In this document: positions 1 through 13,397 of the stretch, in pieces
Layout: every line of letters begins with the position of its first letter
Numbering within the stretch: the stretch's first letter is position 1
Assembly (NCBI GenBank): GCA_973895155.1
Contig: OZ316899.1
Location: 16,519,974 to 16,583,973 of the forward strand
Length of the DNA stretch: 64,000 nucleotides
Reading direction: 5' to 3'
DNA from: Marsupella aquatica
Lineage: Eukaryota; Plantae; Marchantiophyta
Program-made: the position numbers and the translations under genes
Notes under the pieces: model-generated
What the model was told of the DNA's origin: nothing
Databases searched by the model: none
Seen by the model: the letters and a program-made list of their open reading frames with translations, nothing else

Positions 1-2194
1 CCGGAACCAAAGCCCACGCCCACTGTCCGTCCAGGACAGCTCCTTCCTTGAGCGCGGCCCGGGTTCCCCCTTGTATCTATCCATCACCAACTGACCGCCC
101 TGACCTCAGGACATGCTCATGGCCCAAATAGCGTAGCTTGTCCTAAGCTTCTCCCAACACGTCGGGACCAGAACGGCCCCGACTCTAGCAACCGCTCCCG
201 GTTTGCCCCACTGATGGTCTAGGGGCCGAGAACCCTTGGAACTCAGCCTCCACACCTACTTGGCCTTGCCTCCCCAACGCAAGCTCCCTTGGGAGACTGA
301 AAGAGGCTTGGCTACTCTTCGACAAGATTTGGCAAGCCGGCGAGCTAACACCCGCAAACCACAAGAACCCATGGCACCCCCTGACCCAGCTGAGCCCAGG
401 AGGTTGTAGCCCTCCTCAAGAGCTTTCCAACGCACCCAAGAAGTCCTCCAACAGACTTCCCGTTGGGAAGATATCGCCATTTCCGTTTGGCGGTTTCCCT
501 TAGTTTCGCGACCGCCGCGGCTCATGACTTCGGCTCGCCCTTAGCCCCCAGGGAGACACCACTCCCCTCATATATGCTTCTGGGGACCTGCCACCCCCTA
601 TGGAATGGCTCAGTGGAGGCTTGAGTAGGAAATGCGTCAGTTTTTGCTTTCAAGGAGTAGTAATTACATAGTTTTAGTGATTAGCGGAGTTGTTAGGTTT
701 AGGGTAACTTAATAACTAAGGAAGTAGAGTAGGGAAATAAATTGAGGGAGAGGACATGTTTCTCTAAGAAGCATCAAGAGTTGAGTAAGTTATTTGGTAA
801 GGGCGGAAAAAAATTATGGTAGTCGGCAAGTCGGGCCGAAGGCATGACCGATACTTTTGAGTGATAAGTTTTGCTAAGACTCACCCTATAGGTGCTAGGT
901 AGTCCCTAGACCACACATAAAAGTCACAAAGTCAAGTGGGGTCTTAACCTAGGAGTTGTAAGTATTTTGGCAAAACTTAAAGTTACCAAATAGTGGGTCT
1001 CGGGAAAAATAGCTGATGGGAAAAGGTAGGGGTTCCAAGTTTCAAAGTAGGTTAAATAGGGTCCACTCTATCCCTGGAAACTTGTGGGAGAACTTGGTTA
1101 CCTTTGGTTACTTTTTGGGAGCATCTCAAAGTTGAGAAGAATTTTGGAAAACATAAAAATTAACCCTATTTACCTAATTTTAGAAAATTTATTATAGGGT
1201 TTTGTTTAGATCTTAGTAAACCAAGACATAGCCCTGTGTCCAGAGAATCTATGGATCTACTCAAAAGTCCTTTTGGCCTTATGGGTGATTTTTGGCGGTG
1301 GATACAATATGGGCCGGGGAATTATATTTTTTCCAAAATAACAAAATCCGACTAAGTGTAAAAACGCTTCGACGAGGCTACCACAAGGCAGGAATAAGTC
1401 AAGCACAAGGGCGGCTGGGAGATGGTTGAATAGACCAGGCAATCACAAGGTGAAGGAGCTTGAGTGGGAGTGGTAGTTAGTTGGACTTTTGTTGTAGTGT
1501 GACTTTGATAGTTAGGAGGACTTTGGTGATTGGACCTTGGTCCTTGGTCCTTGGTCCTCCACTTTGGTCCTTGGTCCTTGGTAAGCTACCTTGGTGTGGT
1601 GTGGAAGGAGAATAGTATATAAGGAGGAAATTTTTCTTTGTTAGGGACCAGAATTCTCAATTCTCAAAGTAGAGGCTCTACCTTGTTAAGTTGGGGCTAA
1701 GCTTGAGAAGGAAGTGAGATCCATACTTAGTGTGAGGATATTGTAGAAGATTTTTTGTTGTAAGGATTGAGTATGCAATGAAAGGAGTCTTGTCAATCTT
1801 CAATGTGACCATTAAGTGTGAGGGAATTTGAAGTGTATGAGGGCAAGAGAAGAGTCCATGTTAGGGTGCAATCTTGGTCTGAGCTTGAAGGGGATGTGCT
1901 GGTACACAACCAAGGCTAGGGAGGCAAGGTTAAGGTGGAGCACTAATTTGAGACTTAGAGAGGATTGTATCTTGATAGTGGAAAGTACTTTGTCTTTTGT
2001 GAGAACAAGAGAAAGAGTCCTTAGAAAGAAGAGTTGTTTTTAAGAACTCAAAGGGGATGTGTGGACCCAAACCAAGGCCAAGGGGCAAGGTTGAGGGAGG
2101 CGACCCTTTGTAGTGCACCAGTCCATCAGTCCACGCGCCAGCTTTGACCCTAGCCCTCTCGTTCTCTCTTAGTCGCCACTGCTATCTCCTCTGA

Positions 2195-2725
2195 ATGTCG
2201 CACACGATCCTCTCCAGTTCGGCCATTCAATTCTGGACGCAGTTCCTATCTACTGGAAGACACTTGGCCGACTCATTGAAACACGCCAACCTGCGCCGAT
2301 ACGAAATCGAACGCAAGTACGAGAGAGCCATCCGCCTAGCAAGACGACACCACTATATCCTTAACTTTGACTACCCATCTCAGAGCGAGCTTTACCGACC
2401 AGCAGAGGTATCTGGGTACTTCTTCAACGGAGACAAATATATCGGTTTCTGGGAAGCATTGCTTCGGCTTCCGGACGAGGTCTTCAATATCCCGGGTGCG
2501 ATCGACTTGCAACGGCATCACTTCGACCACATCCCTGCTCAGGTTCGGGCTATCATCAACAGCAAGTCCAGCACTACCCGTTTGACAAGGCCATCTGCAC
2601 TTGCTTCGGAGAACTTCTACCAGCACCTACAGAGCTTCATGGGAACTAGACCCTCAACCGCCGGCGCCGGCCCAGTCGACCCCATACCCGTATCCGCACC
2701 AACGCAGACTCAGGCTCAGCTTTAG
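2195..2725 (+). CDS. Hypothetical retroelement accessory ORF (176 aa)
   Basis: Open ATG-initiated ORF directly upstream of the TE-type ORF at 2798. A similarly placed ORF pair occurs at 9119-9783. No domain recognised. Confidence 0.4.
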   Translation: MSHTILSSSAIQFWTQFLSTGRHLADSLKHANLRRYEIERKYERAIRLARRHHYILNFDYPSQSELYRPAEVSGYFFNGDKYIGFWEALLRLPDEVFNIPGAIDLQRHHFDHIPAQVRAIINSKSSTTRLTRPSALASENFYQHLQSFMGTRPSTAGAGPVDPIPVSAPTQTQAQL

Positions 2726-2797
2726 TTTCAGCCTCAGCCTAGCCAACCCACACCGCCAATCGCCCTGCGAGTACAAGTACGCTCCATCATCAACGTT

Positions 2798-4831
2798 GTG
2801 GACCTTAGCGACGATGATGAGGCTACCCCACCCTTGCTCAGGCGGCCCAAAGGATCGAACACTCAGGGGGCCGACACTACATCGTCCCCTCCCCATGTTC
2901 GGACCCAAGGAGCGGCTCCAGCAGACAACACGGTGACCGTGGCCGCCCCGGGCCCAATACTGACGGCGGTAGCACTACCTATGCCCGATCGAGAGGATGG
3001 GGAGGTGTCACCCTCCCCGAGCCAGTCATGGGGGAAGAAGAGGAAGGAACCCGCTGCTGCATCCGGGTTACCAATGGCCACGGTAGCCGCAGCCAAGGTG
3101 ACAATGCACCGCATGGGGGAAAACGTGCATAAAAACATCCTCCATCCCAAACATGTGGTGTACCTAAAAACTCAGGGATTTGAGCACCTCGCCTCTCTCC
3201 CCTGGAACACTTGCAGGTACTACTGGGAGGACATGACAGAATTCATCAAGAATTATGACGATGCACGTCAACATACTCGGCTGCGGGGAAGGAATATGTC
3301 CCTCACGGAAGAATGGCTCAAGATGATCTTCGGGTTACCCGAAGGTGACCATCGAGTCGAATCACGGGCTCCCGGGGGCAAGGGAGCCAAGTACCAATCC
3401 TCGAGTTTTCCCTCAGAGGGATCAGTGGACAACAGGTTTGTGATGAGGACCTGCCTCATCCTCGAGATAGCTGAGCGACTGGAGTTCCAAAGGTACGCCC
3501 TCCACATGATGGAACCCCGAGGGGAGATCTCCGCTGCCCAAGTTATCCAGGTCGAGAACTATCGACCTAGGAAGTGGGCGTCGTACTTCGCTAAGAAATT
3601 CCATGAAGAGATGGAGCGGCAAAGAAAGATCCTATACATTGGCGGGAAGGCGTATTTTGCTAGCCACATCAAGATCATTCTCGAGTGGTACGCTCGGTTT
3701 GATCGATGAACCCTTCCCCATGTCAACGTAACAAAGCTGGTCCCAGGTAGGTGGGTTTTCCCGGCCTTGGAGAGACGGCCCCAACCCGAGGCCCGAAGTC
3801 CAGCGGCCACGTAGGCTTCACCCACCCCACCTCCACAAGTAGCTGTAGCCGTGGCCGAGGAGGTACCGGATGGGTGGGTAATCGCAACCGTAGATGCGAT
3901 CAACCAGGCCCGGCCAAGTATAGAAGTGAGGACAGCGGAGGCCTTACTTGAGCCCGGGTCTCCCAAAGACCCACCGGTGGCTATTCCGGAGGATCGGACA
4001 TTGCTGCAGGAGGACACTCCAACCCCTTCCAACACTACGTCCCCAGGGCTGGATATCACTGCCCCGGCCCCCGCGCGTGTTGACGTCTGCCCGTGCCCAA
4101 CTCCGGACAGGCACAACCTGGACCACCCGGAACTCTTCATATTGGGTACATTTCTGAACGGGCTTCTAGGAGATTTCTCTCATCAAATTGTCCAGGATAC
4201 CGGGGAGTTCATGGCCCGGAAGGTAGCCTATTTCTTCAATCAGGAGTTGGTTGCCGCAGTAAAGGCAGGTCGGGCCCAGTCAGAGGCCCTTCAGAGGATA
4301 GAGCGGTACCGGGTGGAGTCCGTATACTTAAAGAACAAAGTTGCAGCTCAAGAGGCTGAGCTTCTGCAACTACGACCCAAAGTTGCAGCCGCCAATGAGT
4401 TGTTAGCGAAGGCGCATGCCCTTACCGCCCTAGCCGAACAGGCCAAAGCTGGGAACGAGGCCGAGATTGCACGACTCCGGAACCAAATTGACAATTTGAA
4501 GAATCAAATTGTCATATGGCAGAAAGACCTGGAGGAGGCCGAAGAACGGGCCCAGCGGGACACTGCGGAGATAGCCACGCTACATGCCAAAGTGGCGCGG
4601 CTCCAAACCGAAGCCGAGAAGCAGGACCAGTTGGCGGGCAAGCTGACGAGCGACGCCCAGCAGCTGGAGGAGGCATGCCAGGAGGCAGCGGAGGAGATGG
4701 ACGCGGCGAAGCGAGAGAATGAATCTCTGCTAGACCAGGTCCAGCTCCTCAAGGCGGACAACGACAGACTTCATAAGCAGCGGGATGGTCGCTCCCACTC
4801 GGGCGGCTCTGGCAAGCGTGCCAGGCATTAG
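2798..4831 (+). pseudogene. Retroelement accessory protein (Transposase_32/Athila-ORF-like domain plus coiled coil), two in-frame stops
   Basis: ORFs 2798-3709 and 3851-4831 are in the same frame. Motif EFIKNYD...LRGRNMSLTEEWLKMIFGLPEG and a C-terminal heptad-rich coiled coil. Homologous to the ORFs at 10192 and 54519. Confidence 0.6.
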
Positions 4832-6536
4832 CGGCGGAGTAGGAATAGAATAGGGTTAGGAATAGCTAAATCAGGCTATGGGGGCAGGAACCTGCCCTAG
4901 TTAGAGCAGCACCGCCATGCTGTCCAGCCTGCGTAGGCTAGGATCTTCTAATAAGACAACCGTTTTTTGGCCTGACAGTCAGATTAGTTAAGACCTAAGT
5001 CAGCGAATCTTCGGGCGGGAGGACACTCCGTTCCTCGGCCCTTAGTATTTAGTGCACCCCTCGGTAGAGGTAGGGGGGGTTTTTTAGTCTCAGTATTGGA
5101 CATCCGCGGTATGTGCGGGGAGTCCCGACCTCTGGGAGTGAAAGAGTACCAAGGGGAGGGTGTAAGACTAAGCTCGTTGGGCAAGTGCGGAGCCTGGCTC
5201 CGTTGTAGTGTACACCCTCGGCCTCGGACCTGTTTACTCCAAAGCATTCGGGTCAACTAAGTGTACGCATATGTCTCTTATGGAGTAAAATCCCTTCCCG
5301 TTATTTCCTTTGTGTAAATGGAGATTTTATGCTTGTGCGTATGTATGTGTGTGAATCTCGTGTATAGGTGCCAACGCTTGGCCGAACGCACTACCCAAGT
5401 AGTGCACGGGGTGCAGCTTGCGTGTATGTGGTTGCGAGCCCGGGTTGAGCACCCATATCATCAAAATCCGGATCGAAGGCGGACAATACGAAGGTTAGAA
5501 GCCCTTAAGCCAGGGTCGATCCTGCTATCGATTGAGGTACGTTCCGGTGGCGGAACACAAATCATACCTAGGAGGTGTCTGTATATGACGATAGGCGCAC
5601 TTAGCACTATTTTACGTAAGTTGGGTGCATTCCGTGCCTCCCTCCATGCCCGAACCCTCATTTTGACAATGGAGGTGCCTATTTAAGCCGAAGCCCGAAG
5701 TAAGGCCAAGGCTGACGACGTGACAAGATCCCCCTTGCTAATCCTTGGAGTAGAGGAGAAATGAAGGGTGTGAGTGCAAAAGTAGTCAAGGGGACTATCT
5801 CTCTAGAAGTGGAGAGTTTAAACTACTTATGTATGGTGTGATTAGACATTGCAAGCACATTTCAGAAGTTTTGTCAATACTTTATGACCCTGGTATGATA
5901 TGGAGCAGGTATTAGTAGTTTTTTTGGGAGAAAAGCCACTTAAGCTCCTTGACAAGTGTTTGACACCCCCACACCAGCTTTGGTCCCTAACCATTGGGCC
6001 CCCAACCCGGATCCCATCACGCATAATGTGCGCGCCACCAACTGGCAACGCCCATAACTTTCTTGATAGGCATCCGCAAGCGGAGTGCTTTAGCACGTTG
6101 TGACCGGGCCAACCCAGTACTCATGCCTAGGCCCTCAGGTCTGATTGCCGCTCAGGGCCCCGGACCGGCCCAACCCGGATTGGGCCACAACTTGCGCCCC
6201 AAGCGTCCAGTGCCAATGGCTTCAACTCCATTGGCCCTGGGCCCAAGGGGAGCTCACACTCAAGCCCTCAGAACTCAAAATCCGTCCGGAAATCCGGACG
6301 GCCATCCTTGAGCCCGACCCATTTCCCCTTGACCCGACTAGCCATCGGCTAGTCCTAGTCCTTAGTGTGTGCCCCCAGCTTGGCTCCTTGCCTCGCTAGT
6401 GCCACGTCTCATTGCCCACAAGTCTCCCCATGCTAAGTCCTCCCCGGATGGCCTATCCGGGCCTGGACCATAAGGGAGCTCGACGTCGGAGTCAGCGACG
6501 CTGGAGCTAAGTGTTACGGTAGTCGATTCCGCGACT

Positions 6537-7496
6537 CATGGTAGCTTTTGCCTGCGCCTATTTCCTTGGGTGTCTTCAATACCACCAAAACCGGGTTATC
6601 CTTGTGGGCCCATCGTATGATGCGATAGGGCCCCGCATATCTGGGAGCCAGCTTCCTACTTATGTTCCTGTGGTATTGCTCAGCTTGTCTCAACTACAAC
6701 CAGACGCTCTCCCCAATTTCAAAGCTTACCTGGTGTTGATGTTTATCCCCTTGCTCCTTGTACCGACTTTGGGCAAGGGTCATACCCTTGGTAGCCGCTT
6801 CCACAGCTAGGCGTCGCTCTTGAATAAAATTGTCCGTGGAAGGAACCTGCTTTCTGTTCGCCAAGCATCCAGATTTATGAACCAGGAGGGCGCCCTTGGC
6901 GTCCTCCCTATGGCCAACACAAACAGCGCAAACCCCGTCGCCAAATGCTTGGTCAAGTTATACCTAAACTGGGCCATTGTTAAGGGCTTTGCCCAATCCT
7001 TTTGATTGGCCGTCACAAAGTGACGCAAGTAGTTCTCCACAATACCACTCACCCGTTCCATTGGCCATCTGTCTGGTGATGATATGCTAACCCCCTAGTG
7101 AGGTTCGTTCTGAATAACCGAAATAACACCTTCTAGAAATGGCCCGTGAACTTGGTCTTGCGGTCGGACAGGATATGCAACGGCAATCCCCATTGTCGGA
7201 AGACATTGTCAAACACTAGACCGGCAACCTCTCGGGCCAAAACCATTTTCGTGATCGGCAAGAAATATGCCATCTTGGAAAAATGATCCACCATTGTTAA
7301 GGTGGAGTTACTGCCGTGGGACTCAGGTAACCCAACAATGAAGCCCATGGAGATGGACTCCCATGGAGTCGCAGCCACTAGTAAGGGTTGCAGAAGTCCT
7401 CCTTTTGCCCTATAGACCGTTTGGTTCTTTTGGCACGAGTAATAACTTTGCATGTGGCAAAGGACCAATTGCTTCATGTCCGGCCAATACACATCT
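6537..7496 (-). pseudogene. Integrase fragment of a family-A gypsy element
   Basis: Near-identical to 17788-18750 (GLLQPL..PWESISMDF..GLP, VDHFSKMA). Cut on the left by LTR A' and on the right by a CACTA end. Confidence 0.9.
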
Positions 7497-8855
7497 CACT
7501 AGTACATTTTAGGGCCATTTACCGATGTTTACACCATCGGACGCCTTTGGGAAAATGCGACGCCATTTTTGAGGTTTCCGATACTAACTGTATCGCTACG
7601 TCTGATACTCCCAGAATCGGATATGGACCATTGGACTTGTTTCAGAACACCCAATACCAAAACTATCGGACTTTGCATATCTCCTCATACCGGATAAATT
7701 AGTTGTCCAATGTCCTAAGAGTCGGAAAAAGCCTCCCCTTGCACCAGGTGAAAATATTTTGTCCGATAGTTTTCCGTATGAATTTGCAAGGGATATTGCG
7801 TTAAAATTGCCATTGGACATTGCGATGGTGGAATGAATGGACTTTCCGACAGTTTTAGTATGGGAATTTGATGTATAATTGGTATTGGAACATACGAAAT
7901 GGAGGGGGTCAGAAGCAATGGAGTGGTGCGATAGGACAAGTATCGGAAGAGTACTTGGGAAAGACCCAACTTCATTGCAACATTTGGTTTCTTGTGGGGA
8001 TTTTTTCTGTTGGGGTTGAGGGTGGTTCTTGGGGGAATTTATTCAATACAACATAAAGGGATTTGTTGAAGATGTTGAAGAGGTTATTTGAAAGACAATG
8101 CCAATAGAAGTAATTAACACAAGAAGGATATATGGCCACAAAGGGTACTCAAACTCCAGAAGGGAAACATACCCCAAAATTTACAAGAGTGATCCAAGTA
8201 CTGGGATCACAAAAGTAAGCACATCCAACTCCTAATCTCATCTAAGGCTAGGCAGTATGTCTCTATCTATCTAAGCTAGTCCAAGTCAAAATGGAGCATG
8301 TCGTCCCTTCCTCTTTTTGGAACGAGTCCGAGGTGGTGGGGGTACAATACTAGTCTAGGCAGGAGCCTGGGTGAATGGGGGCTCGTCCATGGTGACTCGG
8401 TCCACAACATCTGGCCCCTGTGTAGAGGTCATAGGAGGCACTGGACCCACGCCACCACCATCACCAGCACCATGTGACGCTAGGGAGTCATGGGAAGGTC
8501 CGCTCCCCCCACTTGCATGAAAGGAAGCTGCACCACCCCCACTAGCCCCGTTGCCAACGGACTACCGTGATGTACCACCCCCGCTCCCTCCTGAATGGCC
8601 AAGGGCAATATGAGCACCCCCAGTCTGGGCTGAAGGGTGAGAGACACCAACACCACCGGCTGTACTCCCTCCTAACTGGCCAGGGGCAGGTCGACCACCC
8701 CCAGTGCGGGCCTGAGTGGTGAGAGACAACACCAACACTACCTCTACTCCCTCTTGACTGACCCTGAGCATTAACACCGTCCCCAATGCGGCCTGAGTGG
8801 TGAGACACACCACCGACACTAGCTCTACTCCCTCCTGACTGACCAGGAGCAGTAA
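7497..8855. mobile_element. Truncated CACTA element (one end, inverted relative to the 22859-36906 element)
   Basis: Starts CACTAGTACATTTTAGGGCC, similar to the reverse complement of the 36906 end. Has TCCGATA/TATCGGA subterminal repeats. The Gly/Ser-rich minus-strand coding remnant at 8290-8855 resembles the 3' exon of 35373-36056. Confidence 0.85.
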
Positions 8856-11388
8856 TGTGACACGGGTAATGTATCACTTAACAAAACGCAAGTCCTAGAT
8901 TAGGACTTATACGGTCATTAGGACCGTAGCCGTAGCATAGAGTAGTACGAATAGCCATCTTTGCCATTATGAATAGATCAGGAGTAGGTTAGTTACAAAT
9001 TTAAGGGAAGGAAATTATTATGATCGGCTGAGGTATGGTGGCGGCGGCGGAGTAAAAATCCGCTAGGAGATCACGCTTGGACCGAGACACCCAACTTTGA
9101 GCCATTATCAACGACTAAATGGCCTTGCCTTCTCACGCTCGAGCTCACCCTGGCACCTCCATAAGAGCTAAGTCGATGGCCCCGCGGCCCATTTGCTCAT
9201 TCATACCTTTCAGAATTTGCGGACACTGCCACTCACTCTTGCATTTTGCTCGAATCAAGCTAACTTTTACAAGGAAATTATCGAAGGTCAAGAGCGGATT
9301 GTGGCAAGATTTAGTCAGGGCGAGGAAGGCCTCCACCAGTGAGCGAAACTACCGGGCGGGGACGCGGGCTCGATGAACCAGACCGCAAGGGTTAGTATGA
9401 CCCTTACAGCTTTGGGATTTTGGACCTTGTTTGGCAAGGTAGGTGCTAAGTTCTCCGAGACTTACTGGTACTCTTGCCCCAAGAAAGCCGCCTACGAACA
9501 AAGATACGCGAAGTTGTTGGCCAAGGTAGCACAGGTTAACTGTGAAAAGACAACCATCACCAAGGATTCCAGCTACAACGAGCTGCGGGGCTACATCACC
9601 GAGCTATATATCAACGAGGAGGGACTTAGATTGGTAGTAGAGGCAATTCTTGAAGTCCCCGCAAAGTTCTTTAGGCTGAAGGGCAGCCAGAGGCTGACTC
9701 AAGCGGAGTTTGACAAGATCCCGGGTTACATTGACCAGCAGATTGCAGCCGAGAAGTGCAAAGAAGACATCAGCAGACAATAGAAAGCGGCACGCAATCT
9801 CACGTTTCTTGGGGAAAGCTGCAACACCTTCGGCTGGGATATGGCTACTCCGACGGCACCCCCAACCACTCGGCCTACGACTACCGGCGCACCGCCAAAC
9901 CAAACCTGGGTCCAACCGATGAACAACACTGAGTGCTCTTCAGGTTCCGATGGACAAGTTAGTCCATAGCTTGAGCAGCGTTCTCGGAAGCGGGCAAGGA
10001 CAATGTCGGCCCTCAAGCCGACCGCACGGACCAACGCCCCTACACCTGCCCTGGCCAACCCGTCGACCAACTAGTCCCAACGGCCCTCGAATAGTCAACA
10101 ACCCAACTTATTACAAGTAATCCGCGTCCCCGAGATAGTCTGGACAACAATCAAGAAACCCGACCACGCGGACTATCTCAAGGAACATCAGTTGGAGCAG
10201 TTCGCTCACTTGCTATGGAGACCTAGTGCAGCTGGGCCAAAGGAGGTTTATGAGTTCATCTCCAATTTTGACATTGATGCGGTGACCACCAAGGTTTCAG
10301 GAGAGACCTTATCACTTACAGAGTATCAGTTGGCACATATCTTTTGTCTGCCAACCGGGTCGATGTCGGTTGAACTCCAAATTTGGGATAAGGAGTATAC
10401 ACCCCGACACTTCAAACCCGAGGGTAAGACAGACAATGGGTACAAGCAGGGGCTATGCACCAACTTAGTCTGTATAAAGCGACTTAACTTCATATGGACT
10501 ACCCTACACATGATTGAGCCACGATCCGATATCTCCCTCTGTACGATCGTACAGGTGGAACAGTGAGTACAAACGGCGGAACTGGGCCCAATTCTTTTGT
10601 CGCAGGTTCTCGGGGGAGCTTAGGCAGGCTCAAGGAGGTATGTCTATCGGGGGAAGGACCTACCTAGGAAGTCACATCGCCATCATCCTTGCCAGGTACA
10701 AGGCGCGGCGGGAGGCCAGGGGAAAGAATATGGCCACCTCAGCCCCGACTAGTGTCACCCCCGCTCCGGAGGAGGCTACCCCAAGCGAGCGGACTACCAC
10801 GCCTCGGGCAAACCCCAAGCCCGTGGCCCCGACTAATACTCCGCCACCTCCTCCCATTGAAATTCCGCCGCCCCCTTCTGTCGAGCCTCCGCTACCCCCG
10901 ATACAACCACCCCCAATCCCTCCACCACCTTAAGAAACCTTCCCCTCCCCATTGCAGACTACGGAGGAGCTCACCGCCCCGCCCGAGGAACCACTGGTGC
11001 CCGAGAGGATGGAGGACTACCAAGTAGCCCGGGGACCATGGCCTACGACCTGGTCTAGAAGTTTAGCTAGACTCTATCGAGGGAGCTGGCGACGTACATT
11101 GGGCAACAGGTCTCGAAATACTTCCAACCAGCCTTCTTCATGTTAGAGCACCAATCACGGATCATAAGTCGCTTGGAGGAGGAACTCATGGCAAAGGGGA
11201 ACGAGATCGGGCGCCTCCAAATCTAGTAAAACACCTCAAAGAGGAGGCCACCACCTGCCGTGAAGAGTTAGTCCACACCATTGAACAACGGGAAGGACTC
11301 AACCAGGAGTTGAGCGCGGTGCAAGCAGATCTTAAGAAGCTGGATGACACTGTGCTTCAGTTGCGCTCAGAATCCTAGGCTTGGGTTA
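8856..11388 (+). mobile_element. Retroelement fragment with degraded accessory ORFs (9119-9783; ~9840-11380)
   Basis: Begins TGTGACA. ORF 10192-10566 (YEFISNFD...VSGETLSLTEYQLAHIFCLPTG) is homologous to 2798-3709, followed by Pro-rich and coiled-coil remnants. Confidence 0.55.
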
Positions 11389-11992
11389 TGTCTTGCGCAT
11401 ACACATCGCTACACAACATACATCGCTTGTCACATACATCCAGACATAGTCACATTGCCACATCACAAACACAAGAGAATGGAATAGAAGTGGAACTCAT
11501 GTCCACACATGTCCAAAACCCACAATAATCTTCACAATCAATCGGCACAACGATCGACGCCAACAATATGCACTCAATCCTGTCCGATCCAATCACACAC
11601 ATATGTTGAGCCAACGCACCTTGCACTCAAGGAATCCACGCTACATAGAGAGAGCTCTCAGCCACCATAGCCACCACACAATCTTCCATCTCCAAGGCTC
11701 AACATTGAGAGATGACCTTTCAATGCCTCACAAGAGAGAAGCACCCTCTCACACAAACCTAACGGAACCTTATCAGCTCATATAGCACACATACCAAATA
11801 TACGGATCTAGATAGTACGATACACTCTAACACTACCTAGAATGGTGTGACAGCTGTCGTGTGCATACACATCGCTACACAACATACATCGCTTGTCACA
11901 TACATGCAGACATAGTCACACTACCACATCACAAACACAAGAGAATGGAATACAAGTGGAACTCATGTCCACACATGTCCAAAACCCACAAT
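11389..11992 (-). repeat. 464-bp TG...CA LTR-like unit (11389-11852) plus adjacent 138-bp partial copy (11855-11992)
   Basis: 11389-11526 is repeated at 11855-11992. The junction reads TGTGACA-GC-TGTCG. It lies just 3' of the integrase/PHD of element B. Confidence 0.7.
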
Positions 11993-12171
11993 CGGCCCCC
12001 TAGCTGGGAGTAAGGTCCCCTAACTCTAGCTAGCCATGAGTTCTACAAGGTTGATATACACCTTTTCAGGTGTGAAGATCAGGAGGCCGGGTGCAAGTGA
12101 GTCCCATCGATCACCTACTTGCAATCCATATCTGCCAAGAGAACACAAATGATAACTAGTCGGTTTCACCA

Positions 12172-12309
12172 ACACTGAGGACACAACCATGATCCACTAG
12201 GAATCACCTGCAATGGTGGTGTCAAACATGACATGTGCCATCCTCTAGAACACTTATCACAAATCAACATAGTAGTTGCTCCCTAAGCAGATCTACACAA
12301 CATACATTT
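12172..12309 (-). pseudogene. PHD finger at the C-terminus of element B integrase
   Basis: Translates KCMLCRSA*GATTMLICDKCSRGWHMSCLTPPLQVIPSGSWLCPQC, a canonical C4HC3 PHD with one premature stop. Confidence 0.9.
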
Positions 12310-12510
12310 CAAGCCAGCACGAACATGTGCCAAGCTTGGATCTACTATACCATCAATGTTGGGAAGGTGACATGGTGCACATTTGCGCACATGATCCTTC
12401 CAAACCATACCATCGCGTCCCTCCAACATCAGGACACCAAAAGGCAACACTTCACGCACACGTAAGATTGTCCGGCCTGCGGTCACATCAAGTGTTGTGG
12501 GTGCTGTCTG

Positions 12511-13397
12511 CTACAAATAAACATAATCACCATGATGAAATCGGCGAATGCTTGCACGGTAACCTCCTCCACGAATAGTGGCATACCTCAAAGTATCACA
12601 ATGTTGGGCAATGACAAGGTTGTCAAAAGCCATGGGCATCACTCTCTGAAATACCCGTGCTCTCTCTGAACACACCTTGACCCAAACATCAGGATCATCC
12701 AAGTTCACAACAGGTGCAACATCACGACGAATAGCTGCTGGCAAATCCAGCTCTCTACCATAGAGCAAAAAGTAAGGTGAGAAGGATGCAAGTGATGCTT
12801 GCCGACTGAAACGGTAGCCCATAGCTAACCAAGGTAGGTGAAGATCCCAATCTCCCAAATGACCAACCCGCAAGCCATACTTACGCAATCCTCTCTTCAT
12901 AGTTTGCACAACTCTCTCAGCTAATCCATCTGCCTCAGGATGATCACGAGAGGTAGTACGATGATCAATCAGAGCTTGCTCACACAAATTCTCAACCTCT
13001 CCACGGAACTCAGTTCCCTGATTAGTCAATACCTCAACTGGTGCTCCAAAATGACTGAGTACACGATCCAAAAATGTAGCAACAACTCCTCCATTGGCTT
13101 TATCTGGCAACGCCACTAGCTCAATCCACTTGGAGAAGTGCTCCACCATGACCAAAACATACCGATTATGACATTGGGTAAGAGGTAATGGACTAGCAAA
13201 ATCCAAACTCCAACGATATCCCAAACCCATGATCGGTAACAGGTGCAACTGGGGAGTGGGAGCATTAAATGATGCTCTCACTCTATCACATACCACACAC
13301 TTCGCTATCAACTGCTGGACATGAGTGTGCATACCACGCCACCAATATTGTGTCTGTAGCAAGCTATAAGTGCGCTTCACACCAAAGTGACCCAACT
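12511..13397 (-). pseudogene. pol: Integrase core of element B
   Basis: GHFG...YWWRGM...C..C Zn finger. WSLDF, VEHFSKWIE, NQGTEF and DGLAERVVQT DDE-type motifs. Confidence 0.93.

Larger units (their letters stand above)
599..5965. mobile_element. Long LTR-like insertion (probable solo LTR of another family, with nested fragment ~2120-5725)
   Basis: Flanked by CCCCC at 594-598 and 5966-5970. It ends TGACA and begins TATGG (probably mutated TGTGG). The A LTR sequence is continuous across the insertion. Confidence 0.65.
1..6536 (-). repeat. LTR of gypsy family A (copy A'), partial at window edge, interrupted by insertion 599-5965
   Basis: 1-598 and 5971-6536 match the element A LTR (13715-14353, 16590-17117). 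It ends at the same ...GCGACT terminus (6536) seen at 17117 and 48558. Confidence 0.9.

Noticed and set aside
1535-1595. CCTTGGT heptamer repeats and scattered TTTAGGG/CCCTAAA words as telomeric sequence
   Set aside because: Only a few copies inside TE sequence, with no telomeric array.
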